The translations under genes were made by a program, and so were the position numbers. The notes under the pieces are model-generated. The model made no database searches, was not told where the DNA came from, and was given only the letters and a program-made list of their open reading frames with translations. A stretch of DNA of 56,995 nt, filler included, from Catajapyx aquilonaris (lineage: Eukaryota): NCBI GenBank assembly GCA_000934665.2. It is 4 parts of 4 records of this genome, joined end to end, with 100 filler letters (N's around TTAATTAATTAA, not from the genome) between each part and the next. Parts side by side here need not be neighbours in the genome. Positions count along the whole stretch, not along the records: positions 28,558 to 42,726 come from JYFJ02007857.1; positions 42,827 to 56,995 come from KZ539744.1; 2 more parts are not named here. The stretch is one strand, 5' to 3'. Shown piece after piece: positions 35,455 through 46,892 of the stretch. Position 1 is the stretch's first letter, and each line of letters opens with the position of its first letter.

Positions 35455-35640
35455 ATCATTAAAATGCTCATTCTATAATCATGTTGTGTTACAGGAATTC
35501 GCAAGGCACTAGCCAGACGATTCTATGTTATGGAAATGTATTGGACACGTCCAGTTTGAGACTTTAAACATTGTTACAAAAATCCTTAAAGTATGAGTAT
35601 CCTTAACATGACTCTTGTATTTTGCGAAGTGATAATAAAT
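35455..35640 (+). pseudogene. Orphan terminal exon and 3'UTR of an additional OBP-like paralog
   Basis: Acceptor GTGTTACAG (35494), then GAA TTC GCA AGG CAC TAG (EFARH*). The UTR (TATCCTTAA...TTGTATTTTGCGAAGTGATAATAAA) resembles the paralog E 3'UTR. Confidence 0.65.
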
Positions 35641-36224
35641 TCAATTATTCATATCAAGATGCACGGCAGTGCATCCCGCCAAGTCTAAGCCACTTCCACC
35701 GCCACTGACCCAGACCATTAGCCCCTTCTCTCCTTTACTCTTACGTCTCGCGCTGCCGTGCATCCTTTACTCGAGCTCACTCGCTCTCTACATTTCGGCA
35801 TTTTCTAGTTAGGCACAGGGAAATGCTGCAATGCTGAAATTTTAATACGACAATGGGGCACACCCAAGGACCCTACAAATAAATCGTCGTGAAATTTGGA
35901 CCACTGGGTCCACGCCAGGAGAGAGCCCAAATTGGCCTATTTTTGTCTGATTCATATAATACCAGCAGCGGTACCCGTTCTTCGCACGGGGAAAAAAAGA
36001 GCGTGGATAATTACACCGAAATCTCCTTAGATCTCAAGCAATATTAAATGCAAAACTGCTCATTCCCTTGCATATGTAGGCACTGGAAGGGTGTAAATAT
36101 TCTGGTTTGTTTGCGTAATAAAGAGCCACGCAACTATGGCTATGTGGTTATCAGAATACAAAAAGGTGGGACAGATGGAGAGAGAAACAAAGAGTAAAAA
36201 GGAAGAGAGGAAAGAGTGGTATCT

Positions 36225-36360
36225 CTCTTAGTCTGTCTCCTATCCCAAAGACCTGTCCGACTTGGGCGGCCCTACCAGTAGACGAAACTACCGCCGGCAT
36301 AGCTCTTCAGGATCATGGGAAAACGAAAGCCCACCACCACGGCAAGGTGGAGATACATTG
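36225..36360 (-). mobile_element. Fragment resembling an RTE/BovB-type LINE 5' UTR
   Basis: The minus strand CCTTGCCGTGGTGGTGGGCTTTCG...GAGCTATGCCG...TAGGGCCGCCCAAGTCGGACAGGTC resembles the conserved RTE 5' motif (recalled consensus, not searched). Confidence 0.55.
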
Positions 36361-36712
36361 GGGTGAGGGGACATAAAAAATTTGGATAAAAAAATTGGGG
36401 GAAGTGCAACATTTGAAACCATTTATAGGCCTGTTTCTATAGTACCGTAATCAGCAACATAATTCTGTTGCCACAGGCAAACAAAATTTTCTTTGCCTTA
36501 CATACGTAAATTATCAAAATATGTTACTTATTTATTAATTTATAGCAGCAAGCCCGTGTGTAGTGTCTGGTACATATGTTGAACTTGGTGTCAGTCAACG
36601 TACACAGCATAAGTGATTGAAAGAGGAGGGATAATTGGACAGTGTTATGCAATAAAGGGTCAACCCACAAAAATGTCAAAATTGAGCCAAGCCCAGGAAC
36701 ATACACCTAAAG

Positions 36713-36909
36713 CAGAGGTTCTTAACCTTTTAGGGCCTCCGCACCCCTTTGTAGACAATATATTGGTCCTTGTCGCACCCCTTTTACCAGGGGTGATTGA
36801 TTACATTCATAGTTAGACCAGTTATTAGCTGTGCACCTTGCTCGCACCCCCAGGGAAGCCACCTCGCATCCCCTGGAGGTGCGGGCACCCCATAGGCTAA
36901 GAACCGCCC
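36713..36909. mobile_element. hAT-type MITE
   Basis: CAGAGGTTCTTAACC ... GGCTAAGAACCGCCC with the 8-bp TSD ACCTAAAG on both sides. Confidence 0.7.
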
Positions 36910-37604
36910 ACCTAAAGGATCCTACTTCATTCAGTTAAAATCACGCAGGTGAAATCTGCGGATAAATGACAGAAAAGAACAATTTCACAGGTATGACCTT
37001 CAAGGCCCTTTTTCTCAAACCTGGTCTAGCGTGGGTTGACGCATTATTGCATAACACCGTCAAATTATCAAAATAATACAGTAGGTACCCGTTTTACACC
37101 CCTCCATTTTACGTCGTTCTACATTAACGCCGGTTTGAAAATGACATCATAAAATTTTTATATTGAAAAATTGTGATAACGTGGAAATTATGATAGCTTG
37201 CTGGGTGTGAAGTGGCCAAGAAAGATTTCCCTTGCGGGAAGTACCCGTTATACGCCGCTCCATTTTACGCCGTTTCGCATTAACCCGGGTTTTAAAATTA
37301 CATTTGAAAATTTTGTATCAGATTTTTTTTAAACTATTTGATGATAAGAAAATCTGAACATGAAGGCATCGCTCCAACACTTCTGAGACCAAACACACGA
37401 ACGTATACCTGCTCTTCTTTCCTCTGTGTTTCCTGGTGCCTTGTGGCAGGTTCTATCGATATGCATTGTACATGAATTGGTTTCTGTTCCTTCCATGGTT
37501 CGGAAAGTATACAACAGTCGCCTGTGTACAGTACTGTGTATTGTTCGGTATTGTTGATCTCGGCACTCCCCGAAGTACTCCAACCGTTAATTGTTACGAT
37601 ACCC

Positions 37605-37768
37605 TACGTGTCAAGGGGGGTAATCACTCGACTGAAAAGTGTACACTGGAGTACCAAATTCAAGGAGTACCACGGAGTAATAAAGAGTGAGGTGCCTGAG
37701 AAGTACCAGGGAGTACCACTCCCAGGTGTACACCGGAGTACCGAAGTGATTACCCCCTTGCTACGTGT
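37605..37768. mobile_element. Short MITE with internal GGAGTACCA repeats
   Basis: TACGTGTCAAGGGGGTAATCACT ... AGTGATTACCCCCTTGCTACGTG inverted ends. Confidence 0.6.
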
Positions 37769-38384
37769 ACTGCAATTATTGTTCTTGCCAACCTGCCCGT
37801 TGTTCTATTGTTTTCATTGTTGAATATGCAATGTTGATTATTTTAGAACGTGAGTGAGAGAGGCAGATCCATCCTTTGGGCTTGTTGACAGCCAGGGTTG
37901 CTAGGCAATTGCTTAATCTGCTGAAAACCCCCCTTAGACTCAAAAAAGTTCGGGTTTGGGACTTTTCTCGGGGTCAGTGATATGTAAGACATGGCTCTGA
38001 GAAATTTGAGCGCTCTCCGTGCCCGGGAAGTGGCTTAATTAGGCGTGACATACATTAATACATTAATCATACGTACAAATATTGAGCTTTATATATATGG
38101 GGATAGGGATGGCGAGAATCAAAAAGATTGGCCAGTTCCAGTTATCGTACAGATCCCAAACTTTGTACAAAAATTGGCCCTCCTCTGAAACCCCCAGGAA
38201 AAGTCTAAAACCGTAAGTCGCCCATCTTGGGTCCAGACTACAGCCATTCAAACACGAAAAAAATTCAAAAAAAAATCCAACAATGACAATACTTAACATA
38301 TGGTCTCCATAGTACCAATGTATTGACATTTCTGCAAAGAGAATTCTAGAGGCTAGACGTGTCTTTCTCTCACTCTCTGTTCCA

Positions 38385-38795
38385 GTTGGCTTGGTTAAAG
38401 GTGCAGTTGGGTCTGTACTCAGTGTTACATACCACCCCGATCAGCCACAAAAAGTTAAATCCGTAAGAATTGAATTTCCTTTTGGTCAAGAGTTAATACT
38501 GGTTAAAACCGATCAATAGCAAATTTCAAATTATGGCAAACCCATTCATCCATAGGAAACAGTTCCCCTGAACAATAGCTTACGGCATCGGCATCACGAC
38601 CCAGGGTTTGAGCTTAGACATTATGGGCATTAGCTCGTCACTTTTCTGTGGTGGTGAAGCGTATGTGGCCTTGTCTCGAGTCAAAACCTTGAATGGAATT
38701 CTTCTATAACCAACTTTGATCCCACTCAAATCTAACGATAAAGCCAGTTAACGGAATATAACAGATTAAGACTTAAATTCAGGCCGAACCTTTGC
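38385..38795 (+). mobile_element. Helitron/Helentron PIF1-like helicase C-terminal remnant (frameshifted)
   Basis: GLVKGAVGSV...HRKQFP*TIAYGI..TQGLSLD...LFCGGEAYVALSRVKTLNGI...NFDP...EYNRLR, corresponding to PIF1 helicase motifs V and VI. Confidence 0.85.
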
Positions 38796-38991
38796 AGTTT
38801 CCAATTCACTCGTTTTAAGAGGCTCGTCGTGGACAATACTCAAGGTGAATACAGCGCCAATAGATTCTCGGGACAAGGACATTGGCCATACTCCGGCAGT
38901 TATTCTTGTTATATACACCCAACAATTGACGTTGCTTTCTTCGTGTCATTCTTTCATTCAACCTTGATTCAACCTAACAAAAAGTAGTGAG

Positions 38992-39718
38992 ATCCTACTC
39001 AAAAACGCACTCGTAAAAAAAGCGCCAAGTCTTCCGCCGAAAAAAACCTGTGAGATGGTGTCTGGGTGCCAAGCCTTGTCCACTTCGCCGTACAAAGTCG
39101 TGAGATCGTGGTGGACGCCAAGCCTTTCTTCGAGGCTATAAGCTAAGTGAGATGACTTGGTCGGACTTGGTTAACAGGCACGAGGAACAATGCAATACGT
39201 CGTTTAATACAATATAAAGTAAACTTTAAACAGTAGAGCGATTACCCAAAAATGTGACTTTCGAATGGAATATTTACTTTTAATTGTCAATAGTGGAGCA
39301 GTAACGTAACAACTCCGCCTTCAAAATACAAATACAGTTACTTGATTCATTAGAAGAATTATAAAATATACTTGGACCTGTGATTCGTATCACAGGAACT
39401 ACAAAATGTCGCCTTCAAACCGCACATGATTACAATCGCAGTTAATTAGACTTGAAAGTTGTACAGCTAAAATTGGGAGAACAGTAACTTGACCAAACTC
39501 CATCGAACTGAACGCGTATTGTTCCTCGTGTCCGTGAACCAAGTCCGGCCAAGTCATCTCACTTAGCTTATAGCCTCGAAGAAAGGCTTGGCGTCCACCA
39601 CGATCTCACGACTTTGTACGGCGGAGTGGACAAGGCTTGGCACCCAGACACCATCTCACAGGCTTTTTTTCGGCGGAAGACTTGGCGCTTTTTTTACGAG
39701 TGCGTTTTTGAGTAGGAT
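38992..39718. mobile_element. Non-autonomous element with ~200-bp TIRs
   Basis: 38992-39192 (ATCCTACTCAAAAACGCACTCG...CACGAGGAACAAT) is the near-perfect reverse complement of 39516-39718. Confidence 0.85.
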
Positions 39719-40133
39719 AATTATTACCACGGCCACATCAACATATGAACATGTGACGGATGGACTTCTTTCTTCCAGAAAAAGGATACCAATATTTGTA
39801 AAAATATTTCGAAAGTGTTGTAAGTTTCACAGGTTTCAAATTTTTCTGATTCTTAACAATTTTGAAAACACCATTCATGTGAAGATGCGTATGATGCGTA
39901 CAGTACCGTATATTCAGTCTTCTACGCGTATAGGAACCCACATCAGTATATCAACACTTGCATAACGTGATATGAACACACTCCAGGAAGCAGCTACATG
40001 GACACTAATCGTCACTCACACATGCATGTAGGAAAAGCTGCATCCAACCGCAGAGATAATCTGCATTATACATAAGTACAGACAGTGTGCAATAGATTTC
40101 ATTCTCATTTTGGAACAACATCAGAGAGCAACA

Positions 40134-40994
40134 ATGATCTTCGCAGCCACCTTTGTTCTTCTCTTGGCCTTTGCAGCAGCCCAAGACGACGTGGTAAGTC
40201 GATTCTAGTGGTTGTTGAGAAAATAATGTTCTGTCATATATCTTCTCATTATTCAGCCTGCTCACTGCCGATACATTGATGAACTTACCGAAAGTCTGAA
40301 AGGAGAACTGGAAGCAGCGCTTATGGTCTGCCACGATAAAGGGAGGGAGGTTAGTTTTATTTTGAATTGTGATATCATGCATCACAATTTTTGCAAACTG
40401 AACTTATAGCATACGTATAATGGATGAATTATGAATTTATGATACCATATTACCCTGTCTTTTCAGTGTGATGTTCAAAAATGCATGTTCGAGATGCTAG
40501 ACGTGGTATGTACAGGGTACTTTGTGGAAGCAGCGAACTTACTAATGATCATGCCAGTTGTATTATTTTGTCAGTAATGACTGCCTTACTGTACATAGCT
40601 TGATGACGATGGAAACGTGAACCCACAGGAGTTGATGGACTTAGTACTGCCCGAAGAAGGATACGAAGAGACCAAGGAGTTCTTCGTCGAAACTTTTAAC
40701 CACTGCGTAGAAACAGGTTTGTAGGCTACTCAACCCTTGAACAATGCACACAGAAATACAAAGGAGAAAATTACTCATCATTGCTTTACTTCAGGTGCAG
40801 GTTATACACCACCTGAGGGATGTGACTTCGTGAAACCTCTACAATGCGCAGGAAGAGAAGTGCTCATTGTAAGACTTGCTGTAAAATGCTTCTGATATTT
40901 TTTCCAACTGAATGGAACTACTTATCTGTACTTGCCTGCTGATATACATTATTAATGCTGGTCGCATTTATTGCAGAAATGCCTATGGGGCTAG
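40134..40994 (+). CDS. Secreted 8-Cys OBP-like protein, paralog E (133 aa)
   Basis: Exons 40134-40193, 40257-40349, 40467-40505, 40599-40716, 40795-40868, 40977-40994. Protein: MIFAATFVLLLAFAAAQDDVPAHCRYIDELTESLKGELEAALMVCHDKGRECDVQKCMFEMLDVLDDDGNVNPQELMDLVLPEEGYEETKEFFVETFNHCVETGAGYTPPEGCDFVKPLQCAGREVLIKCLWG. AATAAA at ~41127. Confidence 0.88.
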
Positions 40995-41649
40995 ACAGAT
41001 GACGCTACACATCGGTAATGGACATGGATTGGGACAAAGAGAGTTTGAAATTTTCAATAATTATGTCAAATATATTCGTCAAGTACCGTATATCCTTAAT
41101 TTCGCTGTTGTATTTTGCGAAGTGAAAATAAATTAAATGATAATGAAAATATTGCATTCGGGCTGATAACAGGCAATAATAAAATCACTACATATTACGT
41201 GTACCAGGATATCTACTCTTCTTCTAGCTCTTCTGACTATAATAATATAGTCCAATCAGTCTCAGTACTTCCTGACTCCCATAACCCGATATGAACACAC
41301 CCAAATCAGAGAACACTAATCGTCATTCATTACGAATAAACTTATATTGGACAAACTCCAGCCACAGTCCGAAGTCCTGAAAATATTAAAATAATGCTAA
41401 CTATCCAGTTTCAGCCATATTGCGCAATACCGTGGGGAGAGAAAAATCACGAAATGTTGGAAAGGGGTCAAAAGCAAATGTTAAGACAAAAAGAAAGGTC
41501 ATTATGAGTTACGATTGACTTACTTGTAGTGTTACACGAATGAGGACTGCAATATTGTCAGATGATAATGATGTCGGTGATGATTATGAATTTCGACAAG
41601 GCATGGTTGTTTGCAATTTTCATATTTAACAATTATATACGCGTATGTC

Positions 41650-42005
41650 ATATTTACCTATTTACCCATTAATTAACCTATACGCCATTTACACCTATCC
41701 AAACAAACAACCCTAGCCTCAGCCACGTCCATGGTCCTATTGACACAAGAACGTCTCGGCTTAACACTAGCAACACCCTTAAGACACTGACCCACCTGGT
41801 CCAACCATGTCTTCCTAGGCCTACCCTTGCCCCTCTTACCAACTACTACTCCCAAATAAACCTCCTTCACAATCTCCTCCTCCTTCATCCTCTCCACATG
41901 GCCAAACCACCTTAGAGTAGACCTACACACCTTATCTTTAACAGTCTCCTTAACATTACACCTCTCCAAAATCTCCTCATTCCTAATCCTATCGAACTTA
42001 TATGT
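41650..42005 (-). mobile_element. RTE-clade LINE 3' fragment
   Basis: DRIRNEEILERC...LRWFGHVERMKEEEIVKEVY...GKRGKGRPRKTWLDQV...DRCKWR, a typical RTE ORF C-terminus. Confidence 0.88.
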
Positions 42006-42726
42006 CTGAGGATAAGGTGATGTCTGAGGTGGGCAGGGGTGGGGGGTGGGACAGGTTGTTTTTAGGTTTATTCTCATGAGCTTTATTAGTTCATATGTTG
42101 GGTTAGCTTGCGTCTCCCTTCATCGCTGACTACCCCTCATAGGGAAATGTCGTGTTGTTGTTGTTGTTGTTGTATATATGTCATATATATTCTGAATTTC
42201 CGACTTACATGCATTTTGCGAACTAAAAAAAATTATATCAAAAACTTTCCCTTCAGTAAAAAAAAGAGAAGTAAGACCTCCGCGGCGGAATGAAAGTACT
42301 GAAACAAGGCAGGCGCACGTAAGACCTTCACCAATTGATTTAAGCTGTACCATAGGTCTTACTCAAGCAATTTCCAATTCACTGCTCATGAAGTCTCCTT
42401 TCTGAAAACAAATTTGTGGAATTTCTGTCGTACTACTAGTTACTTCTAACTTAGCAGTACCAGTGTAGTGCAATGGTACTACTAAGTTAACAGTATCTTA
42501 GCTCTTGTGGCAGTATTAGTTTTCCATGAGCCACTCCATATCAGTGTTTTATGAAATTAGGAACTTCAATATTAAGCACATTGAATTTCTAGGCGATTAG
42601 TGAGAATTATTGCCATGAAACATTCATGTAGAATCGGCGCACCCCTTTTAGATGCTGATTTTAACTCTAACGTTTAATTTTTCACGTCATATAAACGTTA
42701 ATTGGTGAATTTTAGAGGGTCTTTTT

Positions 42727-42826
42727 NNNNNNNNNNNNNNNNNNNNNNNNNNNNNNNNNNNNNNNNNNNNTTAATTAATTAANNNNNNNNNNNNNNNNNN
42801 NNNNNNNNNNNNNNNNNNNNNNNNNN
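42727..42826. other. Artificial contig linker
   Basis: N44-TTAATTAATTAA-N44. Confidence 0.97.
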
Positions 42827-44971
42827 CAACCTCGGTCATCGACTTTACAGATGTATAGGTCGATTAATAATGGAGTATGTCAAAGTGACCGACCTTGTTG
42901 ACCATGAATAAAACATGACCTATCCGGCTATCCCTGTCGTCGCCAACATTCTTCAGACATGACCTCCCCCAATTGTTTGCAGAAAATGATATATCCATCA
43001 TCAAACTTCACAACTCAACTGACAATCTTTGCTTACTGTCAAAGTCAGTTACATAAAATATGTAAATTTTAGTCCCTTCCAGCTCCAAATTTCTCCATAC
43101 AATACGACACCCTATACTATACAGGGTCGCATTTGCAGCATCCATCCTTCGTGAACTACTGTTGGGTCGAGACGATAGGAGCAGCATGCCGGACCAGGGC
43201 TGGAGAAAAGTGGATTAGGGCCTGGGAATTCTTGGTTTAGGAGTCGTGAGCCGCATTTCCAGGTCTCGCTGGGACTTAGTTGTCTTGTATCGGGACGAGC
43301 ACGACATATACAATGTTCGTCTGGCGCCAAATAAGTGCCACCAGCCAAGGAAGCAGGAGAGGGCAACAACACCACCCACCCCGATGCCGATGGATGCCTG
43401 TCTCCACTCGTCTCAGGCTCTTCATCTATTATGTATGCATCTTCCTAACACTATAGTTCGCTTTCCTTATTCGACACACCCCTTTGTTTCAAGGAGGTTT
43501 GCCCACATTTGGTAGGTTCAAAGACTTGTTCTCATACAAAAGAAGAGCGATCCTTAAGATCCATCAACCAATGCAAAGGGGCATGATCAGTGACCATGTG
43601 AATGAGAAAAAGTATACTCGAATCACACTTTATTTGCCACCACGACATACTGAGGGTGTACATGGAATGGGAGAAATGGTCACGGGGGCGAATACGCCGG
43701 GGGCGAAATTGTCACGGGCCCAATATGCCGGGGGCGAAAAGTCCGGGATGCGCTCATCAGTGATACACAACATTTTGCCCTAAAACCGACACTGTGATGA
43801 AATAATTAGCACAATGCAGCTGTTTTTGTCGAACACTTTTACACCNCCCCCCCCCCCCCCCCCCCAAGTTTTAACCCAGCGTGAGCTTTTGACATCCCGC
43901 AAACGCCCAATGACAATGATTTAAAACACAACAAAGCGGAAGAGATTCACTTGTGCGGAAATTAAGTTGCGTTATGGCCGAAAATATGCCGCCAGCCTTT
44001 CCACATACCAAAAAAAAAACAGGTCGCGGTCACTAAGCGGATGATGCTAATAATTGGTTCAATTAGGCCAAAGTCATGTAGCAGCTGCTGGGGGACTGCA
44101 ATTAAAATATTTATGTGGTCAATTCCTGAGGGACACTTGCGTAACACTATTACGCAATGTGTATGAAACGTGACATCATATGCGGAAATGTCACAATCCC
44201 ACTTTCTGGAGACGCGTAACAATAAATTTTGAGGACGCCTGCTGCATTATATGCCATAATTTGCCCAGTGGATTACCCGCGACTGCATCGTTTTAATTAT
44301 ATTCAATTCATTGTCGAACCTTCCTGTCCAATTAGGCTCACCGCTAATCCTCATTAAGTACCGCATGCTTGTTGCAATGCCACTAAAATTTACAATCACT
44401 ATTACACGTCCACGAAATGAAGTGGTTCTTAAAATATGCATACACTGTTGCCAAATATCATGCAGTAAATAATAACCTACAAAATTGATTTAACATATTG
44501 ATAGGCTACTTGCGTGACAAAACATGTCATGTCCAGAGTCGCCTTTTACTAGGGAAAAAAAATATAGTTGGGCAATATGGCCAATGGAAATATTCGTGCA
44601 CAGAAACCCCGGAAACTCAAAAGATTGCAAAATAAGGGATGGGACAAAATAGTGTCATATGCACACTACCATTTCTATAAGGGTGGCTATTTTTGACATT
44701 ATTTCGTGACCTCAAAAGCTCAAGGCCCATTTAAAGCAACAGCCATAAAACCCATTCACAAAATAAGAACAAATTAACACAGGCTGTTTATAGGATCGCG
44801 TAAATTAATTTGAGTAGTTTTTGCACATTTTTCACACTTGTAATAGCACCCACTCATTATGAGTGACTTCATCATGAAATTAACATAGTTTTTAGTCTAT
44901 TTTGTTAACAGACAACTAGGCATTTAGCTAATGAGTTAATGGAACACATTAAAAAATCAACTGTGCACTTT

Positions 44972-45107
44972 TTTATTGGGTGATTTTTATTCGACATTTT
45001 AGCTCAACCTATGCAACGAAAAAATGACATTGCCAAAAAATTAATTAATGTCAATTTTTCGTTGCATAGGTTGAGCTAAAATGTCGAATAAAAAATCACC
45101 AAATAAA
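44972..45107. repeat. Palindrome with ~60-bp arms, plus a further related inverted pair at 45148-45220
   Basis: GGTGATTTTTTATTCGACATTTTAGCTCAACCTATGCAACGAAAAA pairs with TTTTTCGTTGCATAGGTTGAGCTAAAATGTCGAATAAAAAATCACC. Confidence 0.85.
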
Positions 45108-46317
45108 TTTGGAAATTCAAATTCTCAAAATTGAAATTTTTGGCCATTTTTTCGTTGCACATGTTGAACTAATATGTCGACTCGACATTTTAGTTCAACA
45201 TATGCAACGAAAAATTGACCTTTATTACAATTTTTCTTCCAACAGTCACTCCTGAACCTGACCCTACTGAGGTCAAAAATGTCCACCCATTTTTTTTCAA
45301 TGGCCTCAAAACTCAATCACGTCCATTAAACCAGAAGGCCAATCCCTCCTTATAAATAATCAGGTCCCATCACCACCCATTATTGCCGCCTTGATTGTCA
45401 AAGACAGCGCCTTCAGGTATGCCAGATTTCTCATACCTCCAAAGAACAGCAAAGAAAAACAGTTTTTTTTTTTTGGCTATGATGACATGCTTACTTGAAA
45501 GTTGGTGGGAATTCGCGTGCTGTTTCCTAAAATGTGTCTTTGAAACCCCAAAAAAAGTGGTACGATGCACCCTAAATTGACCACAAATTATTTTTTTTTT
45601 GGGAAGTTCTTCGTGCCGGATTTGCGTGCGTGCTTCTGAGATTGGTTAGAGTGATGTTAGTCGGAAGTGGTTGGGGAACGTCCCGGCTGCATGTGTCCTT
45701 TAGACGGGTCACAGAATGGGTCGAAATTGCACACGCCTGGCTCAAATGGTCGGAGGCACGTGCTTGCACACTTTGCAGCTAAAAACCCCCTGAAAAGTGT
45801 GGTCGAATTTTCCAATTAGGCTGTACCTCTGTGCATATTTCAGTATGTGGCCAAGAAATCCTTAGCCAAACTTTTGAATAAACTATTGGCGGCTAGAAAA
45901 CCGGACTGTACAGACTATGCAGTAATCATGCGTTACTGTTACTCAGACAATCCTCATGAGAATTACTTGACGAGTCACGCAAGTTTGCCCTAGTTCTATA
46001 TTAGTGCGGTATAACCTTGCATGACGCCTAATATCGTGAAGCACATTATGGGACAGAATGTGTCACAATGTGTGTAAACATTGGGCATTTTTCTACGAAA
46101 ATGCGTCCCAAATTGTGAACTTCCACTAATTTACCTCGGGGGCTATACAAAGGAAGGGTAAAAAAAACCGCTTCAAAGGTTATTAAATTCCGATTGTCCT
46201 TTGTCGGCTTCAGTACAAACCATAACATACCACTCGATAAACCCCAAGTCTTCACCCCCCAAATGGAATCCACAGTAATGCACTGCCCATTGTTGGACTT
46301 TGCAATGCTGATATCTC

Positions 46318-46892
46318 ACAAGGGAAGGTCACAAGGGGATAATGACGGATCTTGATGAAATTTAACATGCTAATACAGGACAATATATGATACCCAAAAA
46401 TGAAATATTTCATGCGGAGGCCCATATTTGCAAAAGTTATGACGTCTTAAAGTTCCAAAAAAACCATTTTCATTGAGTTCATAATGGGATTACATTAGCG
46501 ACCACATATAAGACCACATTGAAGTGTGTAATCAGTTTCTACACTTTGTCTCATCGGAAAAAAGTCCCACATAACGGCTCTGTATCTCTTACTGTTTAGG
46601 CCTTGATACCTGTCCACAGACGGACGGACGGACAGAGCCGTTCTGTAGGACTTTTTTCCTATGAGAAAAAGTGTAGAAACTGATTACACACTTCAATGTC
46701 ATTATATGTGGTCGCTAATGTAATCCCATTATGAATGAAAATGTATTATTTTTGGAACTTTAAGACGTCATAACTTTTGCAAATATGGGCCTCCGCACGA
46801 AATATTTCATTTTTGGGTATCATATATTGTCCTGTGTTAGCATGTTAAATTTCATCAAGATCCCTCATTATCACCCCGTGACCTTCCCTTGT
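46318..46892. mobile_element. Hairpin element with ~265-bp arms and a central (GGAC)n microsatellite
   Basis: ACAAGGGAAGGTCAC...AACGGCTCTGT pairs with ACAGAGCCGTT...GTGACCTTCCCTTGT. Confidence 0.85.
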
